A stretch of 64,000 bases of DNA from Chiloscyllium plagiosum (Eukaryota). A program made the translations under genes and the position numbers. Shown here one piece after another: positions 49,480 to 63,320 of this stretch. The notes under the pieces are model-generated. The model did no database searches and was not told the origin of the DNA. It saw only the letters and a list, made by a program, of their open reading frames with translations. Positions within the stretch are counted from its first letter, which is position 1. Each line of letters begins with the position of its first letter. Location: the NCBI RefSeq assembly GCF_004010195.1, contig NC_057759.1, positions 2,275,199 through 2,339,198 of the forward strand, given 5' to 3'.

Positions 49480-50260
49480 ACTAGACATAAGAGTTTTGCA
49501 TCCCTTCTCCCCTCTCCAAAATCTCTCCGTAAGAGTGAGTTCTAAACATTGACAAAACTCTGAAAGAGGAATTTCTTCCTCACCTTCATCTTAAATTGCT
49601 GCTCATATGTTCTGTGACTGTGGTCATGAACTCTCTCAGCACTTACCCTGTAGAGCCCGTTATGAACGTCATATATTTCAGGTGAGAGCACCTCTCATTC
49701 TTCTCAACTCCAGTGAAAGAGTTCTAAATGTTTTTGCCTTTCCTCAATAAGATAATCCTTCCAAATCAGAATCGTCGTAGTGAACTTTTTCTGAACTGAC
49801 TCTAAATGATAGAATATCCACCCAGTAATAAGAGGAAAAATAGTGCTCACAGATGTGGTCTCACCAGCACCTTGTAAAGTTGCAGATCCACTTCTCTACT
49901 CTGATATTCCCACCCCCTTTAAGTAAGGATCAATATTCCAATAACCCTTCCTGATTATCTGCTTCACCTGTCTGTTAGTTTTCCGTGTTTATTGCACAAA
50001 TTCCTCTAAGTCGCTTTGTGTTGCAGTTTTCTCCATTTTACTAAAATCCTGTTTCTTGTTCGCCCTTCCAAGGTCTTCACATCTTCCCACATCATCCAAC
50101 ATTGGCCAACCATTATTCCCACTGACTTAAATAATCAATATTTCTCTGTATTGTAAACTGTGAGCATCCTTTCACAACCTGCTTTTCTGCCTATTCTTCT
50201 GTGATTCGCAATTTTGGCGACAGATTAATCACTCCCTTGCTCCAGGTCATTAATATCATG
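49480..50260 (-). mobile_element. Very decayed CR1-like 3' fragment
   Basis: Remnants such as atgtggtctcaccagcaccttgta (reverse of YK.LVRPH). Confidence 0.6.
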
Positions 50261-50914
50261 CAGGTTCCACCTTATCAAGCTCTTCCCTCACCTGGGGTGT
50301 TGTGGTCGTCAGATTAAACCATAAACAGATGTCCTCCATTAGTTACACGTTTCTTATGAATTGCTTTGTTTTCTTCAATACTTACCTCTGAAGCAGAACC
50401 AGTTGCCATCCTGTCTAATCAGCTTTCCCAAGCTGTTTGGAATTTGTGTCCTCATTATGAGACAGCCATTTGCTCCCAGCCTCACTTGCAGCATACCATG
50501 AGGAAGACAAATTTTGTTTTAGCGTTCATTGGAAGAGGAAAGGATTTTAGAGGTCGTGAAACCTCACTGAAATTTCATGGGGACTTGGCGAGACTCCCAT
50601 TGGACAATTGTGTGTATTTTCGTCTCCCATATCAAACAGGACATTCTGTCGAAAGTGTGATTGCTCATCAACATAGCCTGACCATTCAATGAGATTGTGG
50701 CTATTTTTGATCATCGTCCACCTGATATGCAGTTATGGTGCAAGGCATGCCACGACGTGGGCCAAGAGTTGGGTTAAAAAAAAATGTTAGATTGGGATTA
50801 CGTTATTGGGAATTGATGGTCTAGTGGCATTATTCCTATTTGTTCATCTAAAGTCCAATTGTCATCCTGGGTATTTATATTCTATTTGGGCCTTAGCTGA
50901 TGGTAGAATTCGAA

Positions 50915-53900
50915 TAGAACATAGAACAAAGAACAAAGAAAATGTACAGCCCAGGAACAGGCCCTTTGGCCATGACCTGCTGTGCTTTTCCAGCACTACT
51001 CTGATCTAAACTCTGGTTTCCGGCATATGCGATCCTCACTTTTGCCTCCAAGCCTGAGTTGATCCAAATCTACTGTCCAAACCTGTCGCCCAATTTGTAA
51101 GCATCTGTATCCCTCTTCTCTCCACCTGCTCATGCCACTGTCCAGACGCATCTTAACTGAATCTACTGTGCCTGCCTCTACCACCTCTGCTGGCAACGCG
51201 TTCCAGACGCCCACCACCCTCTGTGGGAAGTACTTGCCCCGTGTATCCCCCTTAAACGTTCCACCTCTCACCTTCAAAGCGTGACCTCTCGTTATTGAAT
51301 CCTTTGCCCTGGGAAAAAGCTTGTCTCTATCCATTCTGTCTATACCCTTCATGATTTTGTAAACCTCAATCAGGTCCCCCCATCACCTTTTTTTCTAGTG
51401 AAAACAAACCTAACCTACTCAACCTCTCTTCTTAGCTAATACCTCTCACACCAGTCAACAACCTCGTAAACCTTCTCTGCACCCTCTCCAAAGCGTCCAC
51501 ATCCTTTTGGTAATAAGACGATCAGAATTCTACACAGTATTCTAAATGCGGCCGAACCAATGTCTTGTACAATTTGAACACGACTTGCCAGCTCTTATAC
51601 GAAACACCCTGTCCAGTTAAGGCAAGCATACTATATGCCTTCTTGACCGCTCTATCCACTTGTCCAGCAACCTTCAGGGCACAATGGACCTGCACTCCGA
51701 GATCTCTCTGCCAATCAACTTTTCCCCAGGCTCTTCCATTCATTGTATCATTCTCTCTAGAACTAGTCTTGTCTAAATGCAACACCTCACATTTGTCTGG
51801 ATTTAAATCCTTCTGCCACCTTTCCGCCCAACTCTCCAGTCTGTCTATATCCTCCTGTATTCTTTGACAGTCCCCTATGCTTTCTGCTACTCCACCAATC
51901 TTCGTGTCATCTGCAAACTTGCTGATCATACCAACACTGCCCTCTTCCAGATCATTTATACATATTACAAACAACAATGCCCCCAACACTGACCCCTGTG
52001 AAGCACCTCTGGTCCCCTTTCTCCATTTTGAGAATTTCATTTCAACTACTACTCTCTGTCTTCTGTTGTTGAACCAGGTCTTTACCACCCAGTTAGAACA
52101 CCCTGCATACCATGTAACTTCACTTTCTCCATTAATCTACCATGGAGAACCTTATCAAATGCCTTATTAAAGTCCATGTATATGACAGCAACAGCCCCTC
52201 CTTCATCTAACAACTTGGTCACTTTCTCAAAAAACTCTATTAAGTTGGTAACGCACGACCTCCCTGGCACAAAACAATGTTGCCTATCACTGATGAGTCC
52301 ATTCTTTTCCAAATATAAATAGATCCTATCCCTTTCCCACCACCGACGTCAGGCTCACTGGTCTGTAGGTACCTGGAATATCCCTACTAATCTTCTTGTA
52401 CAGGGGGACAAGATGAGCAATCTTCCACTCCTCCGGTACCTCAGCTGTATTTAAGGATGCCACAATTATATCTGTCAGGGCCCCAGCTGTTTCCTTTCTC
52501 GCCTGCGCCAGCAACCTGGGATAGATTCCATCCGATCCTGGGGATTTGTCCAACTTAATAACCTCTAGCTTACCTAACTAACCCATCTTCCCTACTTATT
52601 TCAACGCGATCCAGACTAATCAAACTTCTATATCTAATCTCAAGATTCAACATGTTCCTCTCGTCAGTGAACACTGATGCAAAGTAATCATTCAGAATTT
52701 CACCCATTCTCTCAGGTTCGATACACAGCCTTCCCTCATTATTCTTTGTGAAACAAACCTTTTCTCTAGTAACCCGCTTGCTTCTTATATAAGAATAAAA
52801 TGCTTTGAGATTCTCCTTAATTCTGCTCGATAAAGCTATTTCATGACCCCTTTCAGCCCGCTTGATTCCTCTTTTAAGACTTATCCTCCTCTTCCGATAT
52901 TCTTCCAGGGTCCGTTCTGTTCTTAGCTGCCCAGACCTTATATATGATTTCCTTTTCCTCTTGGCTAGTCGTACAATTTCTCCTGTCGTCCATAGATCAG
53001 GAATCTTGTCCTTCCTATCCTTTGCCTTCAACAGGGCATGCCTATTCTGCACTATCTTTAACCTATCTTTGACAGCCTCCCACACATCAAAAGTGGACCT
53101 CCGTTCAAATATCTGTCTCCAATCCACATTTCAGAGCTCCTGCCTAATTTTGATATAATTGGCCTTGGCCCAGTTTAGTACTCTTCCCTTAGGACAAGTC
53201 TCATCTTTATCTACGAGTATTCTAAAACTTTCAGAACTGTGTTCACTGTTCACAAAGAAATCCCCCACTGCAACCTTTACCACCTGTCCTGGCTCGTTCC
53301 CCAGTACCAGGTCCAATATGGCCCGTTCCCTTTTCGGACCATTGACATACTGCTCTAGAAAACTCCTGGACGCTTCTTACACATTCTGCCCCATCCAGAC
53401 CTCTGACGCTAAGCGTATCCCAGTCAAGTTTGTGAAAATTAAAATCTCCCATCACCACTACACAATTGCCTCTATATATTTCCATAATCTGTCTACCTAT
53501 TTGTTCTTCGACCTCACGCTCACTGTTGGGAGGTCGGCAATAGAGGCTCAACAATGTAACTGCACCATTCTTATTTCTCAGCTCCACCCATAATGCCTCA
53601 CTACCGAAGACATCCATAGTGTCCCCCTTCAGTGCAGCCGTGATATCATCCTTGACCAGCAATGCAACTCCAACCCCTTCCTCCCCCCCCCCCCCGCTTA
53701 ACTTCCCTCCCTGTCCTGTCTGAAGGATCTATATTCTGGAACATTTAGTTGCCAATCATCCCCTTCTTTCAACCAAGTCTCTGTGATTGCAATAACATCA
53801 TAATCTTAGCCACCAATCCAAGCCGTAAGTTCATTTTCCTTACACTCTATACTCCTTGCATTAAAATAGATGAATTTCAGGCCACCAGTTCTTTTGTGTT

Positions 53901-55270
53901 CGTCTGCTCTCTGCCTACTATTCCCCTTATCAATGCTATCTTCATGATTCTTACAGTCTCCAGTCTCCACCTCGCTTCCTATTTTTTTTTCTAGTTCCCA
54001 GTTCCCTGCCATATTAGTTTAAAACCTCCCCAACAGCAGGAGAAAAATCTCCCCCAAGGACACTGGTTCCAGTCTGGTTCAGATGGAGATCGTTCATTTT
54101 GTAATAGTCCCATCTTCCCCCGAACCGGGCCAAATGTACAACAAATCTGAAGCCCTCCCTCCGACACCATCACTCAAGTCACGTGTTCGTCCTGACTTTG
54201 TTTTTTCATTTCTACGCTGGCTAGCACGTGGCACTGGTAATAATCACTACCTTTGAGGTCCACCTCTTTAACTTCTCTCCTAGCTCCCTGAATTCTTCTT
54301 GCAGGGCCTCATCTCGTTTTTTAACGAGATGAGGTCTTGTCTATATGCACCAAGATAACTGGCTGTTCACCCTGCCCTTTTAGAATGCTCTGCAGCTGAT
54401 CGGTCACATCCCTGACCCGAACACATGAGAGGCAACATACCAGCCTGGAGTCCCGTTTTCGAACACAGAAACGCCTATCTACTCCCCTTACAATAGAATC
54501 CCCTATGACGATGGCCCTACGAGTCTTTTTCCAGCCCTTCTGAACAGTAGTGCCTGCCACTCTGCCATGATCTTTACAACCGCTGGCCTCTCCTGATGAG
54601 CCATCTCCCCCAACAGTATCCAAAACAGTATACCTATTCTGGAGGGAGATGACCGCAGGGGACACCTGCACTGCCTTCCTACTCATTTTCTGCCCTTTGG
54701 TCACGTATTCACTGTCTCCCTCAGTAACTCTAACCTGCAGTGTGACCAGTTCACGAAAGGTGCTATCCACGACCTCCGCAGCATCATGGATGCTCCTCAG
54801 TGAGTCCATACGCAGCTCCAGAGCTGCAGTCAAACATGAGTTGCAGCTCGACACACCTCTTGCAAGCGTTAGAGTCAGGACCATCAGACACGTTCCTGAG
54901 TTCCCATATCAAGCAAGAGGCACAGGTCACGAATCTGAGGTCTCCGGCCATAGTAAGCTTAGCTTTACATGAACTAACTAAAACCAAACAATGAACTTAA
55001 TTAGATGAAAAAAATATAAAGACAAAAACAATGCCTTACATTACAGAGTCTTTTTCTTCCAGTTAGAGGAGGGGCGCAGAAGGGAGATACTGGACGAGTA
55101 GTATCTCGGGTTTAGCCACTGCCCAAATATAAATTAAGCCCATACCTTCCCGGCAGCCCGCCCTTCACTCCACCTTGTCTCCTCGTCGCTCTGTCCAAAT
55201 GGAGGGCCGACTTCCCAGGTAAATCCCTTTTAAAGTGGGAAAATGTACCCTTCCCAGCAGCCCTCCCTTC
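50915..55270 (-). mobile_element. Full-length CR1 LINE (~4.3 kb), defective
   Basis: 5' UTR repeats; ORF1 VTCASCLIWE..CKRC and IVIGDSIVRG; endonuclease FNARSI, CRPPNS, MGDFN; RT SKFADDTK; (TTCTATG)-like tail at 50915. Confidence 0.95.
50974..51047 (+). mobile_element. Family-C-like tail fragment inserted in CR1 3' UTR
   Basis: gacctgctgtgcttttccagcac..gcatatgcgatcctcacttt interrupts the CR1 tail. Confidence 0.7.
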
Positions 55271-56149
55271 TCTTCATTTCGAAAATTGGGATAGAAAAGT
55301 AACAGTGACAATGAAACTCTTATCCCTTCTTGGCCAATGTCTCAATCTAGTTCACAGCTCCCCTTAAGGGAAAACTTCAATTCATGTGACTACAAAGACC
55401 CAGCGATGTGTTTGATTTACAATTTCCCTCTGGGCAATAAGGGAAGATAATAAATACTGGCTTGGCTAGTGATGCTAAATCCCGTAACTGAATAAAACAA
55501 TAGCTGGGGACATATATTTGACTGGCACACGGTTGATGGGCCAAAGGGCCTTTTTTGTGTGCTGCGGATCAGTATGACTGCACTTGATACAGGGTCGTTC
55601 GATAATGTATGTTTCAGCTCGTCTGTTCACACTGAGCATTGCATCATGTAACTGGGACGGGAGAGTTTGGACGAGAATCTCTACTAAATGTTCCCCTTTT
55701 CCATATTGACCTGAAGCTATAAGGTAGTGGCTGGTATCAGCGTTGGAATTCCCCCAGGCTCAGCAGTACTCATGGTGCTGTTCCCTCTGGCGAAGGCTTT
55801 CAATCAGTGGAGAAGGACCATCTCCAGGAATTGTGACAGAACAATTTGGGACATGAGCTCTGGAAACCATGACCATCCTGGAATATAGGTTTTGGGTCTT
55901 CAACGCATTGGCTGTAGTCCTGCTACTTTCTGACCACCCTCTCTCCCGTTTAATAAGGCAAACCACCAAGCCACTAGGAATTAGTGGAAGATTGAATTTA
56001 ACTCAGATAAATATGAGATGACACACTTTGGAAGAAGTGAAATGACAAGAGAATGGCAGGAGACGAGGAAGTTCAGGGAAACAGAGGCATATTGGGATGT
56101 TCATCCACAGATCTATGAAGGCAGCTGGACAGGCTGATAGTTTAGTTAA

Positions 56150-56720
56150 GGCAGCCACAGTGCAATGAACCGAGATACTGCTGCCTTCCCCTGGTGAGTC
56201 ATCTCCGCTAACAGTATTCAAAACAGTGTATCTGTCCTGGAGGGAGATGACTGCAGCAGACACCTGCACTGATACCCTGCTTTTTTCTCTGCCTTTTGGT
56301 TGCCCATTACTTTTCTCCCTCAGAAATCCTAATCTGGAGTGTGACAAATTCTATCCACAACTTCCTCAGCATCGCGGATCCTCCAAAGTGAGGCCATTCG
56401 CAGCTCCAGAGGCATCATGGTGGTCTAACAAGAGGTGCAGCTGGACACATGTCATGCATATAAAGGAGCCAGAGGCAGCAGCCCCATCCCTGAGCTCCCA
56501 CATTGATAAGAGAGCATAACACGCGTTTCAGATCGCCTACCGTTGTTACACTTAAGCTTAACTTCATCCATCTATGATATAAAATAACAGATAAATGAAT
56601 GAAGACAAAAAAATCGCAAATACACGAAAGGAAAGAAATAGAAATACCTTACCTTATCAACACACCATAGTCTTTTATCTTGGTTATAGCAAGGGGCGGG
56701 GTGGTTGTCAACGGAGCCTG
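56150..56720 (-). mobile_element. CR1 5' UTR/ORF1 fragment
   Basis: SVQVSAAVISLQDRYTVLNTVSGD matches ORF1 at 54321..54884. Confidence 0.85.
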
Positions 56721-57069
56721 AGACCGGACACCAGGGCAGGTTTGCATGTTATTGTCATCAGTATGTTTCTAGCAATTGCCTAATAGGTAAGGTGCATGAT
56801 GATATGAAGGATTCCATTTCTGGTTCCTGCTGTGCTTTCTTTTGCACCGTAAATCTGGATGCTGTGCCCAGATGGAAACAAATACCCTCTCCTCATGCTA
56901 TGTTCAACTAGCTGCTCCTCTCTGTGCGTTCTGTTTAAATTGGCTCAACTACCTAGTGTCCATTCTCTCTTTATAATTCTGTCTTCTTAACTGTTGCACT
57001 GTTCAGAATGAAGCCATTCAGCACGCAGTGCACACCTATGAAACTGGCCACGACCTGCTAGGAAGGAAA

Positions 57070-57630
57070 CCACTCCACTCTCACTTCAGCAGTCAGACTA
57101 CAAGTGGAATACTGTGAACAGTTTTGTAAACTTTATCTCAGAAAAGATAGTCTGCCATTCGACATAGTCCAGTGAAGTTTTACTAGGCTTGTAGCTGGTA
57201 TAGCGGGGCTGTCAAGAATGGTTGAACACAGGGACTGTGCTTATTGAAACGTAAAAGTTACCTTCTTGAAAATACATAATTGTTTGAGAACGTAACGGGT
57301 AGATGCAGAAAATTTGTTTCCCATGTCAGATTTATTAGGAGTAAAGGGTAAAGTGGCAGAATTTACGATTGCACATTTCAAACAGAGATGTAAGTATTGT
57401 ATCTTTGTGAATCTTTGGAATTCTTCATTGCAGAGGCTGTCAAAGATTGATCCTTAAGTATATTCAAGAAATGGATAATTTCCCTTTGGATTAATGAAAA
57501 ATTCAAACTTCACGAATAAAAGGTAGTAAAGAGGAAACGAGGATGATTAGTTAAGCCAGGAAGTCAATTATTGAAGGAGCAAACTTATTGAGTTGACAAA
57601 CCTCCTTTTGCCCATGCGCCTTATGGTCTT
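57070..57630 (+). mobile_element. Very decayed CR1-like 3' fragment
   Basis: gtcagactacaagtggaatactgtgaacagttttg (VR..LEYC.QFW relic), gtgaatctttggaattc. Confidence 0.6.
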
Positions 57631-59809
57631 TATAAACGAAAGTGATGCTGTCCAGAGAAGTGCGATCAGCTGGCTGTTGTTTGGTCTGTATAAAGGTGCA
57701 TCTAAACGGTGTAGAGGGGCTAATTATTTCTGAAGGACACATAGACGAGGAAATAAAGGTGAAAGGGAATGGAACCACGTCAGAAATTAGGCAATTATCG
57801 GGTAGTAATGCAATTCTGTTACAGATCTGGAAAGTTCAAACTTATGAACAAACAGACTTTATTGGACTCAACTGGTCTTTGTGCATTGGGAGAGTGCATT
57901 GACTGTTTCCCCTCCTGGCTGCCCGATTCGACTGTCTGCCGATCGCTGTTCTTCTGGTGTCACCTCTTCTCAATCCAGTCCCTTTTTTCAGTCGTTTGTC
58001 CTCAATCCATCACGGTGGCTTCCATATAGGAGTGACGCCATAATTATTTAACATATTTATCATAAAACTGAATTACCAAAACCAAGAATAGCAATGAAAG
58101 AAGCAGGAGTGTATGAGCAGGATGGAAGTAATAATCTAAAATGAAGGAAGAAGCTGTGGAATGGATAGAAATTTATTTGTGCCTGTCTTCTTTCCCAGCG
58201 AGCATTGTGCAATGTCTGTGGTTTGGGACATGGATGGCAGCCTGGAATTTTGGGAGCAATAGCCACCATTTCGCTATCTGCTGCCCAGACCGACAATCAC
58301 GCATAGAAATAGTTACAGACGTCGAGATGATAGACATAAATTTTATAAAATTACACATCACCCATGAAAGTCATCAGAATTAAATGGGTGATCCACTTCA
58401 TCGTCTGTAGCTCCCTCTGTCATTATTTGAAGTCGCTGAGTGACACAGATGTGTCTACAAATTGTTAAACTCAGTGCAGCATGAATCACTGCACTTCCAA
58501 CAATCTGCTGGGATTTTGTGTGTGCCTCACACTCCTGTATTCGCACAAACGCTCACTCTCACTTTCATCTCCCTTTCTGAACCAGAGTGGATAACACACA
58601 CACACACACACACACACCCTCAGACACAGTCTCAGCTCCATACTCAGAACTCGACACTGCAGAAATTCAAGCGGTCTGTCTCTGTAATGTATTCCTGCAC
58701 TACTCATAATGACTGTCTCACCTTCAGACTCACAAACCCTCATATCACTCCATCCTCTTCAAACCCTGGAAAACATGCCATTTTAATATGATACTCAATA
58801 TAGAACATTTTGCCTCATTTGTGATATACTTCATGCATTACAACTACATCTACATCTGAAATGTACCATAACACTTACATCCCCTCCTGTTTTCTTGCCT
58901 TTTTCAATTCTAGTTTCATGCATATAGTCTTTCTATTGATATCACTGCCTCTAGATGCTTGTATGTCAATGATGCTCACTTCATTTCTTGTGTGCTTAAC
59001 CTTTATTCTCGAAGAAAGATTTCTTACCAACATTCACAAAATATGCTCCCATCTTTGAAAAAGTTAAATTTCATTATTTTGACTTCATTTTGCATAACAC
59101 ATTACCATCAATATTACAATGTGTGGTTGTTTAAATTGTACTACATTATTACTCTAAGCAATTGAATTTTTTTAGCCGTTTTACTACTCATTCCACTTAT
59201 TTACAGAATACACCTTCAATTTAAAGTGAGAACATACACGGCTGTCACATGACAGAAGGCATACCTGGTGGAGCGAATTAATATCCTTAATGTGATTACA
59301 ATCATTTGGGCTGTTTTGTTTAAGATGGTGTTAAGCTTATTGAGTCTTCTTGGAACTCTATTCATTGATGAGTTGCCGCAATTCTAGCCTGTGCCATCCA
59401 GGTAGTAGACTGGCTTTGGAGAGTCGTTAGGGGGCGAGTCCCTCGATGCATGACTTCCTTCTTCTGTATAAACTTGCAGATACATTATATGCATGGCTGT
59501 GCTTATTCACTTCCTGGTCAATTATAACACCAGGCTGCTCAAAATGGTGAATTTATTTTTCATGCCATTTCATTGGAAGACAAGGGTTGTTAGAGATGAC
59601 TATTGACTGGCAACTGTGTGGCACAAGCAATGTTTGCGGTTATCAGCACAAGCTTGGGTATTTTGCAGATCGTGTAACATTTGGACATGGTTTTGATTGT
59701 TGGGGCATTGTTCTCTATAATGGTTTGTTGAGGGAGGTCAGTTGTTCACAGTATTCACTCGCACCTTGCTAATATGGTAGAACAGAAGTCCACATCTCCA
59801 AACTTCGAC

Positions 59810-60145
59810 CCTATTACAGAGAACCCATACAGTGTTATAGCAGGCTATTCGACCCAATAAGTCCACAGTGACTCTCTGTAGCGCACACCCTATTACTCGA
59901 CATTTGCCCCTGACTAATATATAGAAACTAGGCATCCCTGAACACTTTGGACAACTTAGCATGGCCATTTCACCTAACCTGCACATTTTTGGATTGTGGG
60001 CAGAAACCAGAGCACCTGCAGGAAAGCCACGCCAACACGGGGAGAAGGTGCAATCTCCACGCACACACACAGTCACCGAGACTGGAATCGAACCCAAGTC
60101 CTTGGTGCTGTGATGCAGCAGTGCGAACCCCCGAGCCACCGTGCC
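59810..60145 (-). mobile_element. tRNA-derived SINE (HE1-like)
   Basis: Reverse-complement homologue of 33153..33445. Confidence 0.88.
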
Positions 60146-60654
60146 TTCGCATGGTAGAAGCATTATGGTAGCAGTGTGAGAGGAAGTGTAACGATAATAG
60201 ATATTGATAGATGGAATGAATAGACAATGTAAGTTGACAAAGATGTTCCATTTGAGTCAGCCTGAGTTAATTCACGGGAACATGCAGCTGTTCTCCTGCA
60301 TCTGCTTCCTGGTGCTCCAGGTGGATGAGTCAAAATCCTCTATACATTGATCAGCCACCAAGTTGGGGATCAAACCTCAATCATATCAGTGAGGAGATGT
60401 AAACATGGAGAAAATTAAGTGATAGGGAGAATTAGAAGAATTTCTTCTCTAATTGTTATTCGGGTGAATTGTTTTATTGTTGTGGTCAGTTGGACAGTTT
60501 TATTTTACAATAAGGTGGCATGTTCTGAATCTGCATCTGAGACCAGAACTTTTATCTCCAATAATAAATCAGCGATGAGTTGTTCACAGAAACCAGAAGC
60601 CAAATATTTATTCTTTATGTAGTTATTTTATTTACGTACCTATATGCATATATG

Positions 60655-61165
60655 TGCGGCAGAGTGGCTCAGTCTTTAGCACTGCGGCCTTAGAGTGTCA
60701 GGTAACCAGGTTCTCTTACAAACTCGGGCAATTGCCCGTGTGGAGATTGAGCATTCTCCCCATGTCTCATGTGTTTCCATCAGGTGTTAAAGTTTCCTCC
60801 CACAATCCAAAGATGTGCAAGTTAGATGAATTAGCCATGCTAAATTACCCAAGTCCTTGGTGCTGTGAGGCAGCAGTGCGAACCCCTGAGCCACCGTGCC
60901 TTCGCATGGTAGAAGCATTATGGTAGCAGTGTGAGAGGAAGTGTAACGATAATAGATATTGTTAGATGGAATGAATAGACAATGTAAGTTAGACACTGTG
61001 AACAACTGACCTCCCTCAACAAACCTCGAGATGTGTAGCTTCGGTGCATTAGTCGGAGAAATATAGAACAATAGCGTCGGGCAATGGTTATGGGTGGGTT
61101 ACTCTTCAGAGGGTCAATGTGGACATGTTCGACTGAAGGGTCTGTTACCACACTGTTTCAATTCT
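60655..61165 (+). mobile_element. Decayed HE1-like SINE interrupted by a templated insertion
   Basis: Head agtggctcagtctttagcactgc; tail gactgaagggtctgttaccacactgt; 60847..61025 copied from nearby DNA. Confidence 0.8.
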
Positions 61166-61432
61166 ATGAAAATTTATGAATTTATTTATTTAAGTACTAA
61201 TGTATTTAATAAGGTATTTATCTATTTATTTATTTATTTATTTCCGAGTAGAAACTGTGTGGATTGAAAGAAACCGAAACACCAGGAGTAGGAATTTACA
61301 AACAGTCGATTCTCAATCAAGAGTTTTTTAAATGAAATTCAAATTTCTCCATCGCACTGTTGACTATTTTGCTGAATTGTCGAACGAATAACAGATTGAT
61401 AGAAATGATCAGAACAACAATCTAAGAATTAC

Positions 61433-61810
61433 CCGTATATACTCGTGTTAAACTCGAACTTTTGGACAGCATTTTTTTAGATGAAATTAATGGTCGACTA
61501 TAACACAAGAATTATTTTCAACGAGATGAAATTCATGCTTGGTATGAGTCAATAAAATTGACAAACAAGAGCCAGATCTCTACATAAAGAATAAACTACA
61601 AAAAGAGACAGAATTATGACAACAATTGAATACTTATCCACAAAATAACTGCCTCCTTTTCGCCTGTCATGGTAGAATGGCATTGTCATACCGTATTCCA
61701 GTTACCAGTACCGTAAGTGCATATAGGTCTTAACGTACCATATATATGCGAGTAACAGTTGAACTTGTTGACTACTTTTTATGTTTAAATTTATGGGGTC
61801 AACTATTACA
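61433..61810. mobile_element. Possible Tc2/pogo-like DNA transposon terminal relic
   Basis: CCGTATATACTCGTGTTAAACTCGA resembles CCGTATATACTCGAGTATAAG-type termini; diverged direct copy near 61738. Confidence 0.35.
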
Positions 61811-62569
61811 GAGATACTACATTTGAGGGGTTGCAATCCATGCGTGTCAAAATTAGTAGAAGCTGAATTGACGTCTAAACGAACAAAGAAAAAACATAAT
61901 TCAGTAATTCAGAAAAATCTGGAACGGAGGTTGACAGCTGGTGGATTGGAAGACCCGCAAAATATCTTGTCTACAGTAATACAATATCCACAATGTGGAA
62001 AAAAAAAATGAGGTTTGGGCACTCAGTTGTGTGGAGCCTGTGTACTCAACAACTGAGTGCAAAATCAAATGCTGGATTCTTTCCCGTCTACACTTTGGGA
62101 TAATGCAGTCCTTTTTTGAACTCTGAGAGACTGAATGGAACCTTGTGGCCGTAGAGATCCACCTTAGAGGCATATATTTAACAGACCAATCCACTCTGCA
62201 AATGATCAGAGATTGTTCCCCTCGCATCTCTAAATGAAACTATTTCTGTAAATTGTATCTGCCTCCAGGCTTTTAGCCTGCTCTTGGATCCCTCAGGAGA
62301 GATTAATCTCCAGCCGATTCTTACCCAGTGGGTTCCTCTTAAAGGGCTAACAACAGCAGGTAAGCTACTGAGACCTCTAGTGGTGACATGGAAGTCTTCC
62401 CATCTCTCATCCAAGAGGTTTGGGTTTATATGACACATCCCCTCAGACCAAGGAAGCACAAAACCAACTTTAAAATGGCAGCAATGTTTTAATCAGAATT
62501 AAGAATGTCTGTTGTTTGTTCAGGCCAACATTGGCATGGGGGAAAGGAGCGACAGTTTGAGTTTAAACC

Positions 62570-63320
62570 CAGTGCAATTCTGCAGAGAATCATGCATTTA
62601 GATATTTTTAAAGAAGCTGGGAGATTATGCCTACACCACCGCTTCTCTTTTCCTCAACTGTTCTGCTGTGTCTTTCCTTTCCGTTTACATATCTACTTCC
62701 AACATGGTAGGTAACAGTTAACCAGCCTTGAAAACAATTTTTCTCATTATTTAACTCAACGTTCTCCTAGTTTCCATCAGTGCACCTCTACCAGTGACTG
62801 AGTCTACCCCACCTCAAACGTTTCTTGGAAGCAGACTTCGAGACTTACCCACAGTGCTCTGTCACCAATAAAAACCTTCGACCAGACCAGTCAATATTTT
62901 GTTGTTTACTTTGGAATAGACTGTATGTGAATTCGCAGCCTTGTTAGTCCTGTTAAAACAGTGGCAGCATTCGTTAGTTATTACATGTCTGACTGATACT
63001 GAGACGTCTTGGCATCCTGGGAGATGTCATTTATTTATTTTGATTCTTTAATTGCTCTCTCTCTCTCTGAAACAATTCTCTTTCTCTTCAAATGTCCCCC
63101 TCCACATTCATCACAATCCTTCCTTTTATGTTTCTCAATTAGTTTCCCTGGCTCTAGCTTGTCCTATCCCCATATATCACCATCTGTAACCGTTTCACCA
63201 TGTAGCATCATTATATCACTGCTGTTGTGTCAATGTCAGCACTGAGCAGCTCAGTTATCAGGGTAGTTGGTTTGGAATGCAGAGTAATGCCAACAATGGG
63301 GGTTAACTTCCTGTACCAAC
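62570..63320. repeat. Diverged duplicated segment, copy 2 (paralogue of 47400..48240)
   Basis: Same colinear blocks as copy 1. Confidence 0.85.

Noticed and set aside
58070..58140. Candidate exon 1 of the GPR139-like gene (..FIAILGF-G/GTAATT, phase-compatible)
   Set aside because: 35 kb away, lacks the YYP and GVP motifs expected, weak donor; not supportable without paralogue alignment
58594..58617. (CA)n microsatellite, and CT tracts at 13703 and 33853
   Set aside because: Ordinary simple repeats
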